Shown: in pieces, positions 41,637 through 55,143 of the stretch
Position numbering within the stretch: the stretch's first letter is position 1
Layout of the letters: each line of letters starts with the position of its first letter
Assembly (NCBI GenBank): GCA_951406725.2
Contig: OX597818.1
Coordinates: 17,422,001 to 17,486,000, forward strand
Reading direction: 5' to 3'
Length of the DNA: 64,000 nt
Source of the DNA: Octopus vulgaris
Taxonomy: Eukaryota
Notes under the pieces: model-generated
Told to the model about the DNA's origin: nothing
The model's input: the letters and a program-made list of their open reading frames with translations, nothing else
The model's database searches: none
Made by a program: the position numbers and the translations under genes

Positions 41637-41763
41637 ATCTTACAGCTGTTTCGGCCATGCAGATAAATATGTCTCATTTTACCTATATTAGCCATGTATA
41701 GTATGTCAATATGAAGTTAAAAATGAGACATTTACAAAGATATCTTAAGGCCTCTTCGGAGAT
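41637..41763 (-). ncRNA. Type I hammerhead with CCGAAGA core and 92-nt stem-II insertion
   Basis: Minus: atct CCGAAGA ggcc [92 nt incl. atgtctcatttt...aaaatgagacat hairpin] ggcc GAAA cagctg TA agat. Confidence 0.7.
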
Positions 41764-42320
41764 TCTAAAGTATAAACCAAATTACATATATACTCATATA
41801 AGTGTGGGTACATACCCATAATAAATCATTTACATATATATATGAGTGCATATACTCATACTCTTATACATACACATATACATATACATAATAATACAAA
41901 TAATATAAATCAATAAAATATATATATGTTCCATATTCAATGTTTTTCAACTTAATATTAAGATATTACAACGTAGAGAACATAGACATATTCATACTTC
42001 AATGCAGATATATAGAGTCAGTATTACCTTATATTAATTTACAAAATGTCATTAATGTTAACATCAATACTGTTATCAATATCATTAATGCTACCAATAT
42101 CATTGTTCTTATTTCTAATAACATTAATACTAATAAAACAATACATATATCACATAATTAGCAATATAGTAGCAAAATACCACAGTATTATGCAAGGCAT
42201 TGAATATTTGCACATACATACAAAAAGCAGTCAATTCAATCAGTTTACATGGTGTTAATTTCCACAGATGCATGTGAATTAATAATTTCTATAGTGACAC
42301 TAATATATTATTAATTTCCG

Positions 42321-42389
<69 letters not shown>

Positions 42390-42791
42390 TATACATATAT
42401 ATACACATACATACATACATACAAGCTATCTCTTTAACCCGGAGTAAAGTGTAGAAACCCCTGAGGGGAAACAAGACCATGCTGGTTAAATTTTGGAATC
42501 ATGTGATAGGGTTTTATCAAACTACTTCATTCTGTGAGTTTTTCTCGCCGAAGAAAGATGTTGTGGCTTACCGCTCGCAGTCTCTGAATATCTCATGAGG
42601 TTGGTGATTTTGTGTGGTTATCCGAGGTATATTTTTAGCGCTTATTTCTAGCAATTGTACGTGCTATGCTGCACCCTCATTTATGAATTTTGCCTTTTCG
42701 GTTTTAAATTCTATTGCCAACTATATATTATAATGTATCTAATATATCATAAAATATATTAATTTACTATTATAACAGCTCATTGTATTTT

Positions 42792-42877
<86 letters not shown>

Positions 42878-42976
42878 TATGTATGTATACATAGATGTAT
42901 GTATATACATATATATATATACATGCATATATGAATATATATACATACATATATATACATATGTATATATATATAT

Positions 42977-43032
<56 letters not shown>

Positions 43033-43646
43033 TTATATAAATATATATATATTGATTTTTTTTACTTATAACGAAGTTCTTAAAATTACTACTCAGTGTT
43101 AATCATATATAGTACTATTTCATTCTTTTTAGCAATCATCAGCATGATATAACAAATGACTTGTTAGTTGAACATTTTATGAAGAGGGACATTTCATAAA
43201 TGATAGAGATAATTATCGATTGAAGGAAATACTCAGAATGTGTGAGTGTGTTTATTCTCTTTTCTTTTCATCATAGGCAGTTAGTAGTTTAGCAATCGAG
43301 AGTGAAAGAGGAAAATTCTTAGTGTTCACATGCAGGATAAATGCTTCGAAGGAATTCTCTCCCGTGAAGATGTCTTAAAGTAGCTAATAATTCTATTTTT
43401 AACCACAGTTTCACGAACCGTTTACCATTTTCAAGTAGCTTAATTGGAGTAGTATAACCCACGGTTATGTAGTATAACAGGCGTCTATTCATAAAAATAA
43501 TGCCTAGATCAGTAGTTCTCAACAGGGAGGCCATATGGCTTTTAACAGTCTATATAAGATTTCGTTGATAAAACTTATATGCAATAATTTGCTTATACCT
43601 CTACAATTCACAAAATATTAAAAATTTATATACAATTTCTTAATAA

Positions 43647-43962
43647 GCGTGGCTTAGTGGTTAGGATATTCGACTTACGATCGTAAAGCCGTGAATTCAA
43701 TTCCTAGCGACGCGTTGTGTCTCTGAGCAAGACACTTTATTTCTCGTTGCTCCAATCCACTCAGCTGACAAAAATGACATGTACCTGTATTTCAAAAAGC
43801 CAACCTTATCACACTCTGTGTCACGCTGAATCTCCCTGAGAACTACGTTAATGTTACACGTGTCTGTGGAATGCTTAGTTACTTACACGTTAATTTCACG
43901 AGCAGGCGTTTCTGTTGATCGGATCAACTGGAACCCTAGTCGCCGTAACCGAAGGAGTACCA
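43647..43962 (+). mobile_element. SINE family C
   Basis: Match to 15345-15668. Confidence 0.85.
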
Positions 43963-44032
43963 GTCCAATAATATTTAATTGAGTTTAATCATATTAGATT
44001 TTAATTTAATTTAATTTTTTTTTCAACATAAT

Positions 44033-44410
44033 AGGCGCAGGAGTGGCTGTGCAGTAAGTAGCTTGTTTACTAACCACATGGTTCCGGGTTCAGTCCCACT
44101 CCGTAGCACCTTGGGCAAGTGTCTTCTACTATAGCCTCTGGCCGACCAAAGCCTTATGAGCGGATGTGGTAGACGGAAACTAAAAGAATCCCGTCGTGTG
44201 TGTGTGTGTTTGTTAGTGTGTCTGTGTTTGCCCCCCCCCCCAACATCGCTTGATAACCGATGCTGGTGTTTACGTCCACGTAACATAGCGGTTCGGCATA
44301 AAATACCGATAGAATAAGTACTAGGATTACAAAGAATACGTCCTGGGGCCGATTTGCTCGACTAAATGTGGTGCTCCAGCATGGCCGCAGTCAAATGACC
44401 GGACCAAGTG
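44033..44410 (+). mobile_element. SINE family A
   Basis: Match to 14273-14685. Confidence 0.9.
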
Positions 44411-44762
44411 AATGGCTACGTAGGTTCAGTAGAGTAAATAAAAGCACAGGGATCCATAAGCCAAAAATAGTTAATTCCTTACCTTGGTGGTCGTCAGTTA
44501 TATAAACGGATTTTATTTTATTTTAGAAATCAAGTCCAAAATTTTTCAAACACGTTTTTCCCTAGCGAATGCACTCACATAAACTCACACACACAGATAT
44601 TTATATGAATTTGTATCCGTTTATGTGTATGTGTTTGTCTGTGTGTGAGTTTATGTGTGTGTGTGAGTGTGTATGTAGGTGTGTGCGTTTGTGTGTGGAG
44701 GTGGATGTATGTGTTAGTGTGTGTGGTTGTGTGTGTTTGTGTGTGTGAGTGTGTGTCTTTGG

Positions 44763-44807
<45 letters not shown>

Positions 44808-45109
44808 TGCGTGTGCATGTGCGCGAGGGGCGAGTGTGTGTGTGTGTGTGTGTGAGCGTTTGTGCGAGTGGCGAGCGAGTGTGTGTGTGTGTGTGTGACA
44901 ATATGTATTCAAATCTAAGTCTGCATCAAAATTTCTCGATCCTGGTTGTCAAACGACTTAGAATTTGGCTTTTATATACATCGATTAGGTAGGTGCTTGA
45001 CTGGAGGGGGAGTGGCAGGATCAGCTATCACTGCAGGCAACCTAGACAGTGTCTAATGGTTACTAATAGTAAAGTGTAAGTGGGCGATGGAAAAACGAAG
45101 AAACATGGC

Positions 45110-45172
45110 AAGAAGAAGAAGAAGAAGAAGAAGAAGAAGAAGAAGAAGAAGAAGAAGAAGAAGAAGAAGAAG

Positions 45173-45202
<30 letters not shown>
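45110..45202. repeat. (GAA)n microsatellite
   Basis: Read directly. Confidence 0.97.
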
Positions 45203-45203
<1 letters not shown>

Positions 45204-45521
45204 CAACTGCGTTTATTGAAGTGTGAAGAACTGGTTGGAATTTCACGTAAAGTTGAAAAAGAACGAAAAATAGCATATCCTGTGTTGTGACTAATTGGTT
45301 CTTCTAAAGTATTAGTTAGGACATGTGTTGGGACCTGTATTTATAACTTTGAAGGATAAGGTTTGTAAAAGTGCATTATCCCCTAATACACAAGTGTGTA
45401 TGTGTATGTATGTAAATATACGTATGCATATATGTATATATCATTCATATAAATATAGGAAGAAAATTAAGAAAATGGAGATATAGCATTTAATATAGTT
45501 TATCATCTTCAAAAATCCAAC

Positions 45522-45612
45522 ATACCCTCTTACAGCTGTTTCAATTAAGCCCAAAGATTCAAATAGCAATTATTAAATCATTATTTTAGACAAAATCTCA
45601 TCAGAAGGGTAT
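45522..45612 (-). ncRNA. Type I hammerhead with extended loop 2
   Basis: Minus: ataccctt CTGATGA gatt [47 nt] aatt GAAA cagctg TA agagggtat. Confidence 0.7.
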
Positions 45613-46239
45613 AAAAGATATACCGTTATGTTTTTACGTGTTGTGTTATCGAATCAACTCAGCAGACTGAATATTATTTTATGGCTAATATTGATATAAG
45701 CCTGGTATAAACCCCGATTATATTCACATATTATCCATTAACCACGAAAACAACCTATGACCCCTGGCTCAGGTTTATGAAACCGAGCCATTGATATTAA
45801 AACCCGAAAAATACTAACAAGTACACATAATTTCCACATAAACAGTGACATAGACTGCCACTACCTAAAACGAAAATAAGGCGGCAGAAGCTTAGCATCG
45901 ATCCAAAATGCCTTTGAATGTCGTATCATATCCCTCTTCGGCAACATCTTTTAGCCACCAAGTGTCAAAGTGCATCCCTTGACCAAGTTTGCATACATGA
46001 AGCTGATAACATCATATGACTTGGAAGGCAGCTCCTAGAGTAACATTCTTTGATAACCAAGTATACATGCCCAAAGAATGCGCACGACTCTACCGCTTGT
46101 GTACACACTCACACACATATACACACACACTCACACACGCATATGCAATGGTGTATTTATTTTCATAGTACACTTCTTCCATTGTTGTTTTGCTTTATAT
46201 TTGCACGCTTTTTTCAGTCACGCATTTCGCTTACCTGAC

Positions 46240-46466
46240 TCTTTTACTCTTTTACTCTTTTACTTGTTTCAGTCATTTGACTGCGGCCATGCTGGAGCAC
46301 CGCCTTTAATCGAGCAACTCGACCCGGGACTTATTCTTTTGTAAGCCCAGTACTTATTCTATCGGTTTCTTTTGCCGAACCGCTAAGTAACGGGGACATA
46401 AACACACCAGCATCGGTTGTCAAGCAATGCTAGGGGGACAAACATAGACACACAAACACACACACA

Positions 46467-46509
<43 letters not shown>

Positions 46510-46660
46510 GACGGGCTTCTTTCGTTTCCGTCTACCAATTCCACTCACAAAGCTTTGGTCGGCCCGAGACTATACAAGAAGACACTTGCCCAAGGTGGGA
46601 CTGAACCCGGAACCATGTGGTTAGTAAACAAGCTACTTACCACACAGCCACTCCTGCGCC
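46240..46660 (-). mobile_element. SINE family A
   Basis: Reverse complement of 14273-14685. Confidence 0.9.
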
Positions 46661-46875
46661 TATTATTTGTGTATTATTTGTTAGTCTCCATGTTTCATGA
46701 TCTTGCTCCTTGTTTTATTTGTGTGATTTTTCATACACAGAAACACATACACACTTACTGACACACAAATGTATATGTATGTATATTATGTTTGTCTATG
46801 TTTATACATAGCTATGGCTTTGTATATACACACTAAGCCACGCGCCTTCACACACAAACACACACGGACATGTGT

Positions 46876-46982
<107 letters not shown>

Positions 46983-47099
46983 GATAAATCTTCAGACATA
47001 CTGGCCGGAAATGCATGGGTACATATACCTTGTTTGGTTCGGTGATGGCAAAAGGTGTGGCGAAACAGTGAAAAATTGCCATTTGGTAGTAAAAAAAAG

Positions 47100-47530
47100 A
47101 AGTTATTCTCATGGATTGGTGTTGTTACGGGGCAAATTAATACAGACACTGTTGTCTACGAAGTAGAAGTAATGTTGACCAACACCGACGAAACGACGCA
47201 TGTACGGAAATACGTCGGAGTAACAGGGAGGTGGCCCCTTTAACTCCAAACTGGACAATCACAGATCCTCTCTTAGAAACAGGAAAGCTGTAATATCCAA
47301 CTTTAGCCCGCTATATACGGCCATTAGAAGAGGAAGCGACTATCTATAGCATCACTGGAAGTTGCTGGAATGTTCTGTGTCGTATCTTAATGAAAGATGC
47401 AAGCTTTGTTCGTTGGAGAAAAGAATCATTCTAAAAATTTCACAGGACCTGAGTGCTTTCTTGAACTCAAAAAGTGAAATTTTCGAATGTTACCCGTATG
47501 GGCGCAAATTCGTTTTAGTGATGTGGAGAT
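47100..47530 (+). pseudogene. Decayed PLE GIY-YIG endonuclease
   Basis: VVYEVEV...RKYVGVTG and CKLCSLEKRIIL...LNSKSEIFEC. Confidence 0.7.
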
Positions 47531-47639
47531 GTTCGTTTATGAACTAGAGAACGTTTGACCTATGGTTAACACTAATCCTTGTGGAATAACCCTTCTTTTC
47601 TCCCCTAAAAGACAAAATTTTTTCACTATGCATCGAAGA

Positions 47640-48240
47640 AGTCAGTTATGAAGAAAGACAACTACACAAGTTGGATGAATAAGACCTTTTGGGGGAAAAT
47701 AACATTTCTGAAGAATGTCTTCAAAAATGTTATTTTATCAAAGAAAGAAAGCTAGTAACACGGATTTAAAGTGTAGAAAGACTATTTAACACTTCTTTTA
47801 GGAGGAAATACGTATAGAGACTTTAGATTACAACCTTTGCTTATGTATTATGGCATACAAAATACTAGGGCCCTGAATTCTTTGATACTCTAACAAGAAA
47901 GCATCTGGACTCAAAACACTTTTTAAAGATTAAGTTTCAACTTATTTTTGCACAACCGTACAAAGGATTGTAAAATGACCCATATAACTGTCAAAGTTTT
48001 ACTAATTTTAAACAATACTCCCTAATCATCCTTCTATACTTAGGAACCCGTACAAAAATGCGAAAACCATATCTTTGTCTTTGAACACAGCAATCCTTCT
48101 GTGGTCCATGAACTTAGGGGTTACTGCTATTTTCAATGCTTGCTTTTTAACAAGACTCTTTTCCCAGACAGTTAAAGTTACTACCGGAGAAATTGAAATT
48201 TCATCGGAGTATTTTGGAAACAATTCGATATAAAAGATGT
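47640..48240 (+). pseudogene. Decayed Tigger/pogo transposase
   Basis: LTLLLGGN..., NKKA, KVLLILNNTPNHP. Confidence 0.75.
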
Positions 48241-48780
48241 CACTGAATATATATATTTATGAATCATGTGGTGTAGTATAGATTTTGGCCCTCTTTGTAG
48301 TAGCCAAATTGACTGCCAACGTCCTTCAATATAACATAGTAAACACACTTCAACTATAGTAAATAAACGCATATAAATTGGCCGCTTTGTGAGGTCAACA
48401 CGCTCTAAACACCCAACACTAGGCCCCACACACCTCACATAACGCCACTGCATGAGAATACTAACAAAAGCAACATGGGTGCCCTTTGGAAATATTTTAG
48501 TGCATTCTGATAATAATTCGACTAACCTTCCAAAATAAGAAGAAATTACTGAAGAAACGACAAACACAGCAAAAGAGTTTGTTTTCACTGAAATAGATAA
48601 TAGAATTATTCGTGGTCTACTTATATCACATTCCGATTAATTAGCTGATCCTGAACTCTTTAATTTGAATCAACAGCGTACATAGCGAAGAAGAGGGACA
48701 GTCAAAATGCTGATGAAAGTGAATAACAAATGAACGAAATTACAGTAACAGCATTTTGTAGAATTGTTATAGGAATTTAA

Positions 48781-49089
48781 AAAGTGCAAGCTATTAATAA
48801 TTGATTTCGAACCGTTTATTGAAAATCTGAAGGAAAGCATTGATTGGTGTTACATGTACGCAAAGAAAAAAGAAAGAAAAGAGTGCGGTTCTAGACAAGT
48901 ATTTTCCCAAAGAAATAAATGTGTAAAACTGTATTATTTTTCCCCTTCTTATTTTTGCTGCACTAAATCATAATCTTTCGCAACCTACACATGCGCCTTC
49001 GTTCCCTAGAGGGAAAGGACTAGATTGGGATTAGTCGTTGCCTACTAGGGGCTCTTACATACCCGGGCAACGCCGGGCTATGCTGCTAG
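48781..49089 (+). mobile_element. Non-autonomous Helitron 3' end
   Basis: Subterminal hairpin cccgggcaacgccggg followed by CTAG|T. Confidence 0.8.
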
Positions 49090-49138
49090 TATTATAATAA
49101 AGATTAATGAAAATGTAGTAATATTCAACAGTTTATAA

Positions 49139-50028
49139 GCGAAAGATTATGATTTAGTGCAGCAAAAATAAGAAGGGGGAAAATAATAGTTTTACACATT
49201 TATTTCTTTGGGAAAACACTTGTCTAGAACCGCACTCTTTTCTTTCTTTTTTCTTTGCGTACATTTGCATGTAACACCAATCAATGTTTTCCTTCAGATT
49301 TTCAATAAACGGTTCGAAATCAATTATTAATAGCTTGCACTTTGTAGGTTGCAATGTCTTCTCTTCACTCCCAAATAACTATCAAACAGCTATCGATAAT
49401 TCAATCCAACCAATTCCTACCAGGAAGAAATTACATTCGAGACATTACCCCCAACACCGCCACTTCTACTAATAGCTGCTGCAGCCGCAAGTTATTCGAA
49501 TACTTTTTTTGTTTACACTTTCTTTATAACTACCACCCCAAACGTTTTACCTTAAACTTTTGACGTACCCTAAGGGTCCTCGGACGCTACTTGCAAACTC
49601 TTGGTTTATTATAAACCGCTTTTGTCGTGTGCATCAAAAAACCTTTTCCATTCGTTTGACTTTTTCGTTGTTGTCACTCACATTGCTGCCCGCTTTTTTG
49701 CCGTTTTTGTACATTTTAATACATTTTGGGATACTTACCCCACGTGTTCCGAGAGTTAAAAAGGTCGAGTTGCGTCCCCTAGACAGTCTGTAGAAAATGT
49801 GTTGCATATAAAAAGCTTAGATTCTCGACCCATGTCGAATTTATCCATTTTTTTTCAGAACAGGGGGAACTTTTCAAAATTTTCGCTACGTTAGTTTTGA
49901 ATTATGACATTGGGCTATGTGTGTGTCAAGTTTCATCAGAATCGGTTGAAAGCCGTGGTCAGGGTGAGGGTACAACCTGACAGACACACAGACACAGACA
50001 GACAAACTGCCGTTTATATATAGAGAGA
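49139..50028 (-). mobile_element. Non-autonomous Helitron 5' portion
   Basis: Minus: A|TCTCTCTATATATAAACGGCAG then (GTCT)n-like tract; 49139-49343 is an inverted, diverged copy of 48781-48980. Confidence 0.75.
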
Positions 50029-50051
50029 TTACATAAAAAATGTAGTAAAAG

Positions 50052-50347
50052 TAGAGTGGTTGTATACTGTCAACTTAACGTGACAGTAGGGGATTACCCC
50101 ACCGCTGTTTAGCCCTAGGAAGCATTGACGCTTCTTGTCGGCTTCGACACATTTACGAACATTTACGAAGGGGAGACAAATTCCCCCGTAGGCCTAGCTG
50201 TTAGGGGTATTTGTCTCCCCTTCGTAAATATATAAGGACACAGGAAATGTGTCGAAGCCGACAGGAAACGTCGATGCTTCCTAGGGCTAAACAGCGGTGG
50301 TGTACTCCCCTACTGTCACGTTAAGTTGACAGTATACAACCACTCTA
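50052..50347. mobile_element. Palindromic MITE (~295-bp hairpin)
   Basis: ta-gagtggttgtatactgtcaacttaacgtgacagtagggg... / ...cccctactgtcacgttaagttgacagtatacaaccactc-ta. Confidence 0.85.
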
Positions 50348-50472
50348 TCGCCCCACCACCGTACATATCTCTAGGAGATATTTAGAAATTTAATATTTCT
50401 GACATAGTAAAAGTACATTTACTAAAAATTCAACTGCGTATTTAGAAAACTCTTGGGCTATTTACTTCATGT

Positions 50473-50579
<107 letters not shown>

Positions 50580-51199
50580 CGTGCGTGAAAGTTAAAAAAC
50601 GTAAAATAAATGCACAAACAGAAAACAGATGCAGATGGTCAACAAATCCTCTAGGATCAACACAATTTCGCGCCTTCAAACTATAATACTATTCCCCTCT
50701 GGTGGCACCGACAGCAAGAAGACAGCGGGAAATGGCAAGCCAACGAATAAGAGACCAAACATGACAGAAAGTGAACAAACAAACAAGAAATAAACAAATA
50801 TGCAATATAGAACATGAACATACAAATATGAAATATATGTGATTCAAGACGGGACCATTAGTGGACGGACGAGGAACAAAGACGAAAACAAACAAGACGA
50901 AATGTGGACATACGAACGAACTGAAATGAATAAACAGAATACGGACTTAGGGCCAGACAGGAGACGAAAATATGGTTAACGCCAGGAGGAATATCCCAAA
51001 GTTTTAGAAACAGGACAACAGAGAGGCGGCGAAACATGTTGAAAGTGGGAACGAGAGAAAATACGACCAGTCGCATCAGCAGTCGGCGTTAAAAGGAAAG
51101 GAGAATGAAAAATGACGACGACCACGGGTCATGTGTCAGCAGTAGGAAAGAGAAACAGGGAACAGAGAGGGAAGAGAAGAGAGGAATATATGACTGTAA

Positions 51200-52330
51200 A
51201 GAAAGAAATGAGGCTGTTCCACACACACTCAAAAGTCAGAGCCTTCAGACTTGGAGAACTACTGTGTAGGTACTTATGCGATCCAAAGGAAGTTGAATTG
51301 GTCTACCTGAACAAAAGCTTGGAGGAGAAGCAGGTATCATACTAGCAAAAACAATGCAGGGGTACATAACCCGTAGCCTCTTCTGGATCTGTGATAGATA
51401 CATTACATCCCACCTAGAAGAATATGGATCGCAATCCAGGAACAGGAGATAGTTACTAAATACCTGATAAACGAGAGAAAGAAAGATACCACCAAGCTTC
51501 CACGGGATGATAAAAAAATGTCGGCTCTGTTATACCTATTTCTTTACTACCCGCAAGGGGCTAAACACAGAGAGGACAAACAAGGACAGACAAAGGGATT
51601 AAGTCGATTACATCGACCCCAGTGCGTAACTGGTACTTATTTAATCGACCCCGAAAGGATGAAAGGCAAAGTCGACCTCGGCGGAATTTGAACTCAGAAC
51701 GTAACGGCAGACGAAATACTGCTAAGCATTTCGCCCGGCGTGCTAACGTTTCTGCCAGCTCGTCGCATGTTATACCAGAATGGAAGATATCACCCACATC
51801 ATCAGCAGCCGCCCAAAATGTCTACGATATACTATCTACCCTTGAGGCATGATAGAGTTGCAAAGACTACAATGTTATCCATATGAAGGATTACCCTGAC
51901 GTATACATCAAAGGCATGCCAGAACCAGCATGTATTCATACCTTTGAAAATAAGGAATACTGATAGACCTGATATTGTTTGTTCTGTACCTATCATCATA
52001 GGTGCATTAACCTATTTACTTACAAATTTGCACAAAAACTTAGAAAATCTAGGTCTTTTTCGAAGAAAGAGCAAAAGAAACTGATGCGGATTCTCCAAAT
52101 CCAATCAATAAGCAGCACAGTGTAGACTTGCAAAACATTCCAAAGATTCTCCATCTGAGATTCTTCCAGTGAAAAGATGCATACAGCTCAACCATCATCC
52201 GCTGGGCAGCTGATTTCCACAACTGTACGCAGTTTCTCGTCTCTATCCCAAATCATAATATCAGGTCTATTTTTTAATTATTTTGTTGAAGTTTTCACTG
52301 GGACATTCCACCACAACTCCTTTTTTTTAT
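51200..52330 (+). pseudogene. Decayed RLE-type (R4/NeSL-like) non-LTR element with inverted endonuclease fragment
   Basis: Plus: AIQEQEIVTKYL, CRLC...EDITHIISS.PKMS, LPLRHDRVAK, RPDIV, VPIIIGAL; minus at 52075-52330: WWNVPVKTST, RPDIMIWDRDEK...VEISCPAD. Confidence 0.8.
51537..51767 (-). mobile_element. SINE family B, full length with TSD
   Basis: 9-bp TSD tgttatacc (51528-51536 / 51768-51776); splits the CCHC motif of the host LINE. Confidence 0.92.
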
Positions 52331-52993
52331 AATGAGTGGCTATGGCTTCCACCATACTGTGGGTTCTTATTTCTTTATCCTCGGGGATAAACAGCTCAAC
52401 CAACACACCAACTCAACCACATATTTACAAACACTGGGAACTCTCTTAGCTCAGAATGTCTTGTCTTTGTTAACGACTGACTTGAACTCTCTTAAGAACT
52501 TAAATACAGCTCAAAGAAAAATCATGCATACATACATACTTGCATGCATACATACATGCATGCATAAAAACATATGTAAAGGAACTGTCTGGAACAGGTT
52601 GTGTCTTTTACACTGTTTGGGTGCAACACAATTTCCTTCTTTGTTTCCAGAAACTACCGGTGTCAGGAACAAGAAAGCAACCTTAAAAAATATGACACTT
52701 TATTTCGTTATTTACATTGGTAACCACTTGGTGTAGGTACAGCAAGACTGAAGTTAAACATTTGTAAAGATAAACTTCACAACAAATCCAGCAGCAACAG
52801 AGCAGGTCAAATCCCAAGCGTCTGGGACAGGAGAATAGGCTGATAACACGTTGAAACACTTCTTCTCTCTTTAACGAACGCCATAGAATTCTCGTCCCCA
52901 GTTTTTTAGCGCATGTGCATTAGGGAACTTCCTTAGGCCTTTCCAGAAGGTTCCAGCTCCGCACACGCACACTGAAGAATGACGTCACTACAA

Positions 52994-53029
<36 letters not shown>

Positions 53030-53109
53030 TCGTGGTTTAAGAATTGACGTGACTCCCATCACTATCACACATAGATAGGAGCAGATAAACATGAAACGCA
53101 GAGATCCAA

Positions 53110-53480
53110 CTTCTCTACCCTTTGTGGGGAGGGGGCCAATCGATTAGTACGCAACTGGTATTTAATTTATCGACTCCGAAAGGATGAAAAGCAAAGTCGA
53201 CCTCGGCGGAATTTGTACTCAGAACGTAAAGAAAGACGAAATACCTATTTCTATTTCTTTACTACACACAAGGGGCTAAACACAGAGAGGACAAACAAGG
53301 ACAGACCGACGGATTAAGTCGATTATATCGACCCCAGTGCGTAACTGGTACTTAATTTATCGACCCCGAAAGGATGAAAAGCAAAGTCGACCTCGGCGAA
53401 ATTTGAACTCAGAACGTACCGGCAAACGAAATACCATGAAACATTTTGCCCGCGTGCTAACGTTTCTGCCAGGTCGCCAC
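53110..53480 (-). mobile_element. SINE family B dimer
   Basis: Head-core-tail1-core-tail2 with gaaatagaaata|ggtatttcgtc junction. Confidence 0.88.
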
Positions 53481-53619
53481 TTTGTTTAGTTACATATATT
53501 AAAACTGGAAATTATTCTTAAACAGGCGTCCTACAGAAGAAGATGCACAGGTGCTAAGCAACGTCATCTCCGTTTACACGATGAAAATTTCATGAGACCA
53601 CAGATTGCTATGATATAAT

Positions 53620-53815
53620 GGTTTCGAATGTTGTCACAAGGCCAGCAGATTTGAGCGGAAGTAGCTAGTCGATTATATCAACCCCAGTGCTCAACTGGTA
53701 CTTCTTTAATCGATCCCAAAAAGTTGAAAGGCGAATTCGACCTCGGCAGAATTTGAACTCAGAATGTAAAGAGCTGGAAGAAATGCCGATAAGCAGTATA
53801 TCCGATGCGTTCGCC
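53620..53815 (-). mobile_element. SINE family B (diverged)
   Basis: Core match. Confidence 0.7.
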
Positions 53816-54987
53816 AACTTCGTAGCTATAATATAATAATAATTCATTGATTTAGCATTTCCTCCTCTCTCATGTTGCTGAGGCTTTCTAGCAACAATTT
53901 GTTCTCTTCCGCTTGCATTTTTTTTTTTTAATATATATATGGCCCCGTTGTCTGAATGAACATTTGTAACAGACATAAAGCAATCAGGCAGCGTAGATCT
54001 ATGATCAAATGATCAAATAAAAAAATATGCAGTACTTAAAGAATATTATCTCACCTATCTTCCTAAATAAATTTTCATATAGAATGGAGCTGATATTTCG
54101 ATATTACAACGCTTTATTCAAAGCTTGAAAAGCCAACAAACAAATTAATATTGTGTGATATCAGATGTCCTCACGTTTTCAGTTTTATCTGCTTGCCGTC
54201 AAATCGGCTATTCAGCAATTACACGTGCTTCATAGAGTAGCTTTCATAAAATGATAAATTTGGTAACTTGAGAACATTTGGTATAACGACGACTGTCTGT
54301 CACTAAAACGTAACTTGAACCTTCAAACTATTGATAGATTTCGCAAAAACCCCCATTTTTTTTTTCAAAAGTTTAAATTGTTCTATTACATTTAAATTGC
54401 ATCTAAAAGTCATCACATTTTCAGGTTACATTTAACCAATATGCATCTTACAGAAGACAAATGAAAAGCTTTAATAAATTCACAATCTTACGAATCATTA
54501 TTATCAATTTAGTTTAAAATGTATCCTTTTGACAATCTGTTTCATTTTCTAATAAGTGTTTTTAAAAAGAAATCCGACATTTACAACGAAGCATTCAGAA
54601 GAAGCAACTAGACAGAAAATGTATAACTAGAATAGAGTTTTAACAGCTATCAAACATAGAATGATATATGCAGTGTGATTTAATGCACTTCTCCGGTTTT
54701 AATATATGTAACTATAGTGGAGGGGGAGGGGAGAGGAGGGGGAGGGGAGAGGAGGGGGAGGGGAGTTTCTTTTATCTTTTACTTGTTTCAGTCATTTTGA
54801 CTGCGGCCATGCTGGAGCACCGCCTTTAATCGAGCAACTCGACCCCGGGACTTATTCTTTGTAAGCCCAGTACTTATTCTATCGGTCTCTTCGCTGAACC
54901 GCTAAGTGACGGGGACATAAACACACCTGCATCGACTGTCGAGCGATGTTGGGGGGACAAACATGGACATACAAACTCATACACACA

Positions 54988-55073
<86 letters not shown>

Positions 55074-55105
55074 TTTATTTAAAGCAGCAGAAAATTCAAC
55101 AAAAT

Positions 55106-55143
55106 CTGTTACTCTGAGTTTCTCGTTGCCGTTCATCAGACAG
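55106..55143 (-). ncRNA. Type I minimal hammerhead ribozyme (38 nt)
   Basis: Minus: ctgt CTGATGA a cg-gcaa-cg a GAAA ctcagag TA acag. Confidence 0.8.

Larger units (their letters stand above)
43510..44470. mobile_element. hAT MITE interrupted by SINE C and SINE A
   Basis: cctagat|cagtagttctcaac terminus; element sequence resumes after each SINE; far TIR incomplete. Confidence 0.5.

Noticed and set aside
50250-50280. gtgtcgaagccgacaggaaacgtc resembling the 58.8-kb HHR variant
   Set aside because: No CUG core or stem I; part of the MITE arm
54719-54764. G-rich purine tract (G4/triplex potential)
   Set aside because: Simple (GGGGA)n-like repeat abutting a SINE tail; no functional context
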